Assembly (NCBI RefSeq): GCF_017744445.1 | Contig: NZ_JAGIBH010000007.1 | Span: 118,358-182,357 of the forward strand | Length of the DNA stretch: 64,000 nt | From: Caulobacter sp. | Lineage (GTDB): Bacteria; Pseudomonadota; Alphaproteobacteria; Caulobacterales; Caulobacteraceae | Direction: 5' to 3' | Shown: piece after piece, positions 57,655 to 64,000 of the stretch | How the letters are laid out: each line of letters starts with the position of its first letter | How positions within the stretch are numbered: position 1 is the stretch's first letter | Translations under genes and position numbers: made by a program | Notes under the pieces: model-generated | The model's input: the letters and a program-made list of their open reading frames with translations, nothing else | What the model was told of the DNA's origin: nothing | Database searches by the model: none

Positions 57655-58661
57655 TGCTGCGCGCGGCGGTCCTGCTGGCGGGATTGCTGCTGGCCGCGCC
57701 CGCCGTTGCCCAGGACGTGGCCATCAAGGACTGGTGGGTCGCTTGCGACAATGTCCGGGTCTGCACGGCTTACGGATTTCCGCCTGAAGACGCTTATGGC
57801 GTGGTGCTGCGGGTGCGTCGCGAAGCGGAAGCCGATGCGGCGGCCACGCTGGATCTCGGCATCGACGCCGAGACCGCCAAGGGCGTTTCGGGGCCTCTGA
57901 CCCTGACGGTCGACGGCAAGGTGGTGGCGCGCACCGCGGCGCCCGAGGGAACGGACGACGAGTATCGCACTTGGTCGGTTTCGCCCGCCCGGTCGCCGGC
58001 CTTGCTGGAGGCGATCGCCAGGGGCGAGGTCCTGGAGGCCAGGGACGGCGGGCGCACCGTCGCGACCGTGTCGCTGTCCGGTGGTTCGGCGAGCCTGCGC
58101 TGGATGGATGATCGCCAGCGGCGCGTCGGCGGCGTCACCGCACTGGTCGCCAAGGGCGCGGCGCCGGCTTCCGCCGTTCCGTCGCCGCCGGTCCCGCCTT
58201 TGATCCGACCCGCCAAGCCGGTGAGCCAGGACGGCCTGACCGATACGCCGCCGCCCGCCGTGCTGGCGCGGATCAAGAGCCTGGACTGCCAGGCGGACGC
58301 GCCCGAAGACCCGACCTCGAACCGCTTGGCGCCCGACGTGGTGTTGTGGGTGATCCCGTGCTGGGTGGGCGCCTATCAGATCTCCTCGGCCCTGGTGCTG
58401 GCCGACGAGAAGGGCGGTCACGCCCGGCTGGCCGACCTGGGCGGGGCGGGCGACACACGGGCCATGGCCACCAACGCCGTATTCAATACCGACGACCAGA
58501 AGCTCTACAGCTATGCCAAGGGGCGGGGCTTGGCCGACTGCGGCGAGTCCCGCACCCATGCCTGGACCGGCAAGGGCTTTGTCCTGACCGAACGCTCCGA
58601 GCTGCAGATCTGCCGTGGCCTGCCCGAGGACTATTGGGTCACGATGTACCGCAGCCGCTAG
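57654..58661 (+). CDS. DUF1176-like secreted Cys-containing protein
   Basis: GTG at 57654 overlaps the kinase stop (TAGTG), in frame with track ORF 57270-58661. The signal peptide is (M)LRAAVLLAGLLLAAPAVAQD. Paired Cys are present (WWVACDNVRVC ... CGESRTHAWTGKGFVLTERSELQIC). Confidence 0.72.
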   Translation: MLRAAVLLAGLLLAAPAVAQDVAIKDWWVACDNVRVCTAYGFPPEDAYGVVLRVRREAEADAAATLDLGIDAETAKGVSGPLTLTVDGKVVARTAAPEGTDDEYRTWSVSPARSPALLEAIARGEVLEARDGGRTVATVSLSGGSASLRWMDDRQRRVGGVTALVAKGAAPASAVPSPPVPPLIRPAKPVSQDGLTDTPPPAVLARIKSLDCQADAPEDPTSNRLAPDVVLWVIPCWVGAYQISSALVLADEKGGHARLADLGGAGDTRAMATNAVFNTDDQKLYSYAKGRGLADCGESRTHAWTGKGFVLTERSELQICRGLPEDYWVTMYRSR

Positions 58662-58726
58662 AGCCTGTTCAAACAGGCCCTGGGGCGGATCGACATTCGG
58701 CGAGGAGCTTTCCCCATCACCGACTG

Positions 58727-58824
58727 TCCCCGCGAAGGCGGGGATCCAAGCCGAGTCAGAGGGCCATCGCTCGGACGCGCTGCATCCTGAAAGCCACCTT
58801 GGATCCCCGCTTTCGCGGGGATGA
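58727..58824. repeat. Intergenic inverted-repeat element, family A, copy 4 (diverged)
   Basis: The arms are TCCCCGCGAAGGCGGGGATCCAAG ... CTTGGATCCCCGCTTTCGCGGGGATGA. A GANTC site (GAGTC, 58753-58757) abuts the left arm. It lies between convergent genes. Confidence 0.85.
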
Positions 58825-58864
58825 TCGGGTTTGGGGTTGGCTCAAGACTGAATGTCGATCCGCG

Positions 58865-59695
58865 CTAGTCGGCGGCCTTGGCCGCCTTGGGCCAGGCGCT
58901 GACCTCCTTGTCGCCGCGCATCACCTGCACGTGGTCGATCCGGGCCGTGACGAAGCACTGCTGGTCCTTGACCCAGGTCGGCGTATTGCCAGTGATTTCC
59001 TTGAAGGTCACCGCGCCCCGCCAGCCGCCGCAGAACACCTGGGGCTTCTGGCCCAGGTCGGTGATCTCGCCCTCGACCACCAGGGTCAGGTCGCGGGCGA
59101 AGCGCTCGGCGTGGTCGCGGCGACCGCGCGCCTGGCTGACCTCCAGCGGGGCCATGCCGGCCGGCAGGGCCGAGGGACCGTTCTCTTCGTAGGGTACGGC
59201 CAGGCCGAAGCTGGTGGCCTTGCTCGAGTCCGCCAGGTCGAAGTTCTGATTCGGTGGCGGCGCGCGGAGCGGTACGCCGCCCGGGGAGCCCATCCGTGCG
59301 CGGGGCATCAGCAAAGAGACCGGCCGTCCAGACGCATCGAGCGCCTGGCCGCGCGCGACGTCGACGTTGAAGAAGAACGACTGCAGCGGCGGCAGCGCCG
59401 CCAGGCCGCTTTCCTTGAAAGCCCCGAAGTTGCGATCGGTGATCTCGCCGAGCCCCACCGAGGTGACCAGCGTCTGCTTGCGACGGTCATACAGCCAGCG
59501 GCCCGACTGCTTGAAGATGCCGTACTTGCGCGGCTTCTCCTCGACGAAGCGGGTGACTAGCCGGAAGCGCTGGCCGGTGAGGGGGCGAGCGCCGGGATTG
59601 GCGGCCGCCTCGGTCATGGCCTGGCGCAGGCTATCCTGATCCAGCGGCGGCGTGTCGGCGGCCAGCAGGGCGGCGGCGAGAAGCAATCCGGACAT
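58865..59695 (-). CDS. Hypothetical secreted protein
   Basis: ATG at 59695 gives MSGLLLAAALLAADTPP (signal-like). The track start is 59716. I recognise no family. Confidence 0.5.
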   Translation of the reverse strand: MSGLLLAAALLAADTPPLDQDSLRQAMTEAAANPGARPLTGQRFRLVTRFVEEKPRKYGIFKQSGRWLYDRRKQTLVTSVGLGEITDRNFGAFKESGLAALPPLQSFFFNVDVARGQALDASGRPVSLLMPRARMGSPGGVPLRAPPPNQNFDLADSSKATSFGLAVPYEENGPSALPAGMAPLEVSQARGRRDHAERFARDLTLVVEGEITDLGQKPQVFCGGWRGAVTFKEITGNTPTWVKDQQCFVTARIDHVQVMRGDKEVSAWPKAAKAAD

Positions 59696-59758
59696 TGAGC
59701 GCTCCTGTGTACTCAATCATAGCGCGCGCAAACCAGTGATCTGTCAACCTCTGGCGGA

Positions 59759-59776
59759 CATAAAGATATCTTTATG
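59759..59776. promoter_or_regulatory. Perfect 18-bp AT-rich palindrome CATAAAGATATCTTTATG upstream of ahcY
   Basis: Self-complementary over all 18 nt. It lies 82 nt upstream of the ahcY GTG, in the divergent intergenic region. Confidence 0.4.
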
Positions 59777-59857
59777 CGTTAATTGCTCGATAGGGCTCGG
59801 GGTTGTATAGACTGCGCCCAAGACCCTCCCTTCCACGACCCGACGCAGGAGCCGCAC

Positions 59858-61249
59858 GTGGCCGACTACATCGTCAAGGACATCTCGCTCGCCGACTACG
59901 GCCGCAAGGAACTGGCTATCGCCGAGACCGAAATGCCGGGCCTGATGGCCACGCGCGCCGAGTACGGTCCGCAGCAGATCCTGAAGGGCGCCCGCATCGC
60001 CGGCAGCCTGCACATGACCATCCAGACCGGCGTGCTGATCGAGACGCTGACGGCCCTGGGCGCCGAAGTCCGCTGGGCCTCGTGCAACATCTTCTCGACC
60101 CAGGACCACGCCGCGGCCGCCATCGCCGCCTCGGGCGTGCCGGTGTTCGCCTTCAAGGGCGAGAACCTGGTCGAGTACTGGGAATACGCCCACAAGATCT
60201 TCGAGTGGCACGACGGCGGCTACCCGAACCTGATCCTGGACGACGGCGGCGACGCCACCCTGCTCTGCGTGCTGGGCCCCAAGGCCGAGAAGGATCCGTC
60301 GATCCTGAACAACCCGCAGAACGAGGAAGAAGAAGCTCTGTTCGCGGTGATGAAGAAGTACCTGGCCGAAAAGCCGGGCTTCTACTCGGCGATCCGCGCG
60401 GCCATCGGCGGCGTGTCGGAAGAGACCACCACGGGCGTGCACCGCCTGTACCAGATGGCCGCCAAGGGCGAGCTGCCGTTCCCGGCCATCAACGTCAATG
60501 ACAGCGTCACCAAGTCGAAGTTCGACAACCTGTACGGCTGCCGTGAATCGCTGGTCGACGCGATCCGTCGCGGCACCGACGTCATGCTGTCGGGCAAGGT
60601 CGCGGTGGTCTGCGGCTACGGCGACGTGGGCAAGGGCTCGGCCGCCTCGCTGCGCCAGGGCGGCGCCCGCGTGATCGTCACCGAAATCGACCCGATCTGC
60701 GCCCTGCAGGCGGCCATGGAAGGCTACGAAGTCCAGACCCTGGCCGACGTCGCCGACAAGGCCGACATCTTCGTCACCGCGACGGGCAACAAGGACGTCA
60801 TCACGGTTGAAGACATGCGCCGGATGAAGAACAACGCCATCGTCTGCAACATCGGGCACTTCGACTCGGAAATTCAGATCGCCGGCCTGCGCAACTTCAA
60901 GTGGGACGAGATCAAGCCGCAGGTCCACCACGTGGAATTCCCGGACGGCAAGAAGATCATCGTCCTGTCGGAAGGCCGCCTGGTGAACCTGGGCAACGCC
61001 ACGGGCCACCCCTCGTTCGTGATGTCGGCCTCGTTCACCAACCAGACGCTCGCCCAGATCGAGCTCTGGACGAACAAGGACGCCTACAAGAACGACGTCT
61101 ACACCCTGCCCAAGCACCTGGATGAGAAGGTCGCCTTCCTCCACCTGGAGAAGCTGGGCGCCAAGCTCTCGGTCCTGCGCAAGGACCAGGCCGACTACAT
61201 CGGCGTGCCGGAAAAGGGCCCGTTCAAGCCAGACCACTACCGCTACTAA
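59858..61249 (+). CDS. ahcY: Adenosylhomocysteinase
   Basis: GTG at 59858 (GCAGGAG upstream), 463 aa: [30 protein letters not shown] ... [10 protein letters not shown] ... HFDSEI ... PDHYRY. Confidence 0.96.
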   Translation: MADYIVKDISLADYGRKELAIAETEMPGLMATRAEYGPQQILKGARIAGSLHMTIQTGVLIETLTALGAEVRWASCNIFSTQDHAAAAIAASGVPVFAFKGENLVEYWEYAHKIFEWHDGGYPNLILDDGGDATLLCVLGPKAEKDPSILNNPQNEEEEALFAVMKKYLAEKPGFYSAIRAAIGGVSEETTTGVHRLYQMAAKGELPFPAINVNDSVTKSKFDNLYGCRESLVDAIRRGTDVMLSGKVAVVCGYGDVGKGSAASLRQGGARVIVTEIDPICALQAAMEGYEVQTLADVADKADIFVTATGNKDVITVEDMRRMKNNAIVCNIGHFDSEIQIAGLRNFKWDEIKPQVHHVEFPDGKKIIVLSEGRLVNLGNATGHPSFVMSASFTNQTLAQIELWTNKDAYKNDVYTLPKHLDEKVAFLHLEKLGAKLSVLRKDQADYIGVPEKGPFKPDHYRY

Positions 61250-61316
61250 GCGACGGGTCGACGTCGCTATAAATTACGACGTTTCCGCTACGGAAATTGT
61301 CTGATTTTCCAAGGGG

Positions 61317-61350
61317 AAAGGCCTGCCAGCGATGGCGGGCCTTTTCTTTT
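61317..61350 (+). terminator. Rho-independent terminator of ahcY
   Basis: AGGCCTGCC-AGCGAT-GGCGGGCCT, followed by TTTCTTTTCG. Confidence 0.72.
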
Positions 61351-61408
61351 CGTCTCTTGGGCGAACACGCCCTATTCAAGTCCGCAATGCTCGGCTAATC
61401 GCATTGGC

Positions 61409-62260
61409 ATGCCGCTAGCCTTGATCCTTTCCAGCCACGTCGCCGGCAGCCAGGTGGGCGCGACGGCGCAGGCCACCGCCCTGGCGCAGTTCCGCATCGA
61501 CTCGATGGTGGTGCCGACCGTGCTGTACGGCCGCCATCCCGGCTGGGGCATCCCCGGCGGCGCGCCCGTGCCGATCGAGGTGTTCGAAGGCATGCTGGAC
61601 GGCATCGAGGCCAACGGCCTGTTCGGCCTGGTGGACCTGGTCATCACCGGCTACTTCGCCACCGCCGCCCAGGCGCGCGCCGCCGCGCGGGTGATCGACG
61701 CCGTGCGTGAAGCGCCTCGCCCCAACGGCGCGGCGACCCGCCGGCCGATCGTGGTGGTCGATCCGACCATGGGCGACGCCGGCAAGGGCCTGTACATCCC
61801 CACCGAGACCGCCGACGAGATCATCGCCGACCTGATCCCGCGCGCCGACGTGGTGGCCTGCAACTGCTGGGAGCTGCAGAAGCTGACCGGCACGGACGCC
61901 CGCGATCCGGTGTCGGCCATGAAGGCCGCCCGGCTGCTGGGCAAGACGACCCTGGTCTCCTCGGTCCAGCGCGGGGCCGAGATCGGCGCCGTGCTCGCTG
62001 ATCACAAGGAGGCCTGGCTGGCCGCCCACGCCAAGACCGAGCGCGCGCCCAACGGTACCGGCGACCTGCTGACCGCCCTCTACGCCGCCTCGATCCTGGA
62101 GGGGCAGACCTTCTCGTACGGCCTGGCTCGCGCCGTCGGCGGGGTGGCCGAGACCATCACCGCCGCCAACATCTGGAACGCGCCGGAGCTGCCGATCGTC
62201 GCCATGGGCGCGCGGATCAAGCAGACCTCGCCGACGGTCCGCATCGAGCGCTTGGCATGA
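61409..62260 (+). CDS. Pyridoxal/pyridoxamine kinase (ribokinase superfamily, PdxY/PdxK-like)
   Basis: 283 aa: ILSSHVAGSQVGATAQATALAQFRIDSMVVPTVLY ... DPTMGD ... PNGTGDLLTALY. Confidence 0.82.
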   Translation: MPLALILSSHVAGSQVGATAQATALAQFRIDSMVVPTVLYGRHPGWGIPGGAPVPIEVFEGMLDGIEANGLFGLVDLVITGYFATAAQARAAARVIDAVREAPRPNGAATRRPIVVVDPTMGDAGKGLYIPTETADEIIADLIPRADVVACNCWELQKLTGTDARDPVSAMKAARLLGKTTLVSSVQRGAEIGAVLADHKEAWLAAHAKTERAPNGTGDLLTALYAASILEGQTFSYGLARAVGGVAETITAANIWNAPELPIVAMGARIKQTSPTVRIERLA

Positions 62261-63384
62261 CCGTAGACATCACCGGGGTCTGCCCCAACCGCTTCGCCCG
62301 CGTCCGCGAGGTCTTCGAAGCCAATTTCGACAACAATGGCGAGCTGGGCGCGCGTTTCGCCTTCGCCATCGACGGCGAGATCGTCGTCGACCTGATGGGC
62401 GGCTATGCCGACCGCAAGCGCGAGATTCCGTTCGGCCCCGACACCCTGACCGCCCTGTTCTCGACCACCAAGGCCGTGGCGGCCCTGCTGGTCGCGCGCC
62501 TGGTCGACGAAGGCCGCCTGGCCTACGACCAGCCCGTCGCCGACGTCTGGCCGGAGTTCGCCCAGAACGGCAAGGGCGAGGTCACGGTCGAGCAGGCCCT
62601 GTCGCACCAGGCCGGCCTGTCAGGCTTCCCGGACGAGACCGATCCGGCCCTGTGGTTCGACTGGGACGCCACCTGCGCGAAACTCGCGGCGATGGCCCCG
62701 CTGTTTCCGATCGGCTCGGCCAGCGGCTACCACCCCGTCACCTACGGCTATATCGCCGGCGAGATCTTCCGCCGCGTGGACGGCCGGACCATGGGCACGG
62801 CGCTGCGCGAGGACATCTGCCAGCCGCTGGATCTGGATATCTGGATCGGCCTGCCCGACAGCGAGCACGGTCGCGTCGCCGACCTGATGCGCCCGACCGC
62901 CATGCCGCAGTTCGGCGAGATCAACCCCGCCCTGACCGCCGCCTTCCTGAAGCCCTGGTCGTCGCCGGGCGGCAAGAGCGCGGCCGAGTGGCGGCGGGCC
63001 GAAATCCCCTCGGCCAACGGCCACGCCACCGCCCCGGCCCTGGCTCGCCTGATGGGCGCCCTGGCCAGCGGCGGCAGCCTGGACGGCCGCTCGCTGATCA
63101 CGCCCGCCGGGATCAAGGCCGCCAGCGCCGAGCGCATCCGCGGCCGCGACCTTGTCCTGCCGTACGAGATCAGCTGGGGCGCGGGTTTCATGCGCAATGA
63201 GCCTAACATGTTCTACGGCCCGACGGCCGAGGCGTTCGGCCATTCGGGATGGGGCGGCTCGTGCGCCTTCGCCGACCCGACGCGCGGCGTCTCCGGGGCC
63301 TATGTGATGAACAAGCAGGGCGCCGCCCTGATCGGCGACCCGCGCGCGGTGACGCTGATCCAAGCGGCCTACGCCTCGCTGTGA
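62257..63384 (+). CDS. Serine hydrolase, beta-lactamase/EstB-type esterase family
   Basis: 375 aa. The ATG overlaps the upstream stop (ATGA). The SxxK motif is FSTTKAV, and SHQAGLSG and HSGWGGS are present. Confidence 0.88.
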   Translation: MTVDITGVCPNRFARVREVFEANFDNNGELGARFAFAIDGEIVVDLMGGYADRKREIPFGPDTLTALFSTTKAVAALLVARLVDEGRLAYDQPVADVWPEFAQNGKGEVTVEQALSHQAGLSGFPDETDPALWFDWDATCAKLAAMAPLFPIGSASGYHPVTYGYIAGEIFRRVDGRTMGTALREDICQPLDLDIWIGLPDSEHGRVADLMRPTAMPQFGEINPALTAAFLKPWSSPGGKSAAEWRRAEIPSANGHATAPALARLMGALASGGSLDGRSLITPAGIKAASAERIRGRDLVLPYEISWGAGFMRNEPNMFYGPTAEAFGHSGWGGSCAFADPTRGVSGAYVMNKQGAALIGDPRAVTLIQAAYASL

Positions 63385-64000
63385 TCCGCGCCGCGCTCGC
63401 CTTTCTGGTCCTGGCGGGCGCCGCCCACGCTGAAGAGCGCGACTTCTGCGCCGATCGGCCCGGCAAGGGCTCGCCGCCCTGCGTCATGGACAAGGGCCGC
63501 TTCCAGGCCGAGCTCGGCGGTGTCGACGCGGCCTTCACGCGCGGCGGCGGGGTTTCGGTCGACGATGTCTCGTATGGTGGGCTGGAGTTGCGGCTGGGCC
63601 TGACCTCCACGCTTGAAGGCCAGCTCAGCTGGACCGCCCACGAGCGCGTGCGGACCAAGGATCACGGCGTCGTCGACACCGTCTCGGGCGCCGGCGACCT
63701 GGGCGCGGCCTTGCGGTGGTCGCTGAAGAACCCGGCCGGTGACGGCCTGTCGGTCGCCGTCCAGCCCTATGTCACCGCCCCGACTGGTTCGCGCGGGATC
63801 GGCAGCGATGTCTGGCAGGGCGGGGTTATGCTTCCAGTGTCGACCCCGCTGACCGGCGACTGGTCGCTGAACCTGTCGCCGCAGGTCGAGGCGCGGGAGA
63901 ACGCCTCGGGCGCGGGGCGCCATGCGGGCTATGCCCTGGCCGGCGGCGTCGGCCGCGCGGTGGGGCCGGTGAACCTGGGCGCGGAGCTGTGGGTCGATCG
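63381..64000 (+). CDS. Outer-membrane transporter-like beta-barrel (MetA-pathway/phenol-degradation-type OMP), 3' end off window
   Basis: Not in the track because no stop lies in the window. The GTG at 63381 overlaps the esterase stop (GTGA). My translation is VIRAALAFLVLAGAAHAEERDFCADRPGKGSPPCVMDKGRFQAELGG..., a signal peptide followed by the DRPG..P..V..G.FQ.E pattern of that family. Confidence 0.6.
   Translation, partial: MIRAALAFLVLAGAAHAEERDFCADRPGKGSPPCVMDKGRFQAELGGVDAAFTRGGGVSVDDVSYGGLELRLGLTSTLEGQLSWTAHERVRTKDHGVVDTVSGAGDLGAALRWSLKNPAGDGLSVAVQPYVTAPTGSRGIGSDVWQGGVMLPVSTPLTGDWSLNLSPQVEARENASGAGRHAGYALAGGVGRAVGPVNLGAELWVD

Noticed and set aside
59717-59857. SAH riboswitch in the ahcY leader
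   Set aside because: I could not find the conserved SAH-riboswitch core or pseudoknot sequences as I remember them. A cmscan run would be needed to be certain.

Overview
High-GC (roughly 65-68%) alphaproteobacterial chromosome, almost certainly Caulobacter (C. crescentus/vibrioides-like). This is inferred from gene content and order only; I could run no database search. The window is mostly core housekeeping genes: yifB-like, gshB, rsmI-yraN, hemW, rdgB, rph, hrcA-grpE, dnaN, recF-gyrB, a class A PBP, recQ, phaZ, cobB, ahcY and one tRNA-Arg(CCG). Accessory blocks sit between them. The largest accessory block is a 10-kb Wzy/Wzc-type capsule/EPS locus (27.1-37.0 kb). It encodes an Ala/Gln-rich secreted protein, an OM beta-barrel, a BY-kinase, an O-antigen-ligase-like protein, pssY-like and hvyA-like (BTLCP) genes, a PPP-family phosphatase and a Wza-like exporter. 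Two intergenic repeat families are present. One has four copies of a ~100-124 bp element with 24-32 bp terminal inverted repeats; the other has two copies of a ~140 bp composite palindrome. I found no rRNA, CRISPR array, IS element or prophage. The most interesting unexplained items are: a cytoplasmic protein with a chemoreceptor-tip segment N-terminal to a sensor-like domain; a ~490-bp ORF-free, hairpin-rich spacer upstream of phaZ; an atypical-codon two-gene cassette next to the PBP gene; a diiron-oxygenase plus tandem-lipocalin operon; a PPP phosphatase where a BY-kinase phosphatase would be expected; several AT-rich islands; and perfect palindromes upstream of hvyA, phaZ and ahcY. Many long ORFs in the supplied track are antisense shadow ORFs typical of high-GC DNA and were discarded. 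Start codons were chosen by eye from RBS, signal-peptide and family N-terminus logic, so they may be off by a few codons.
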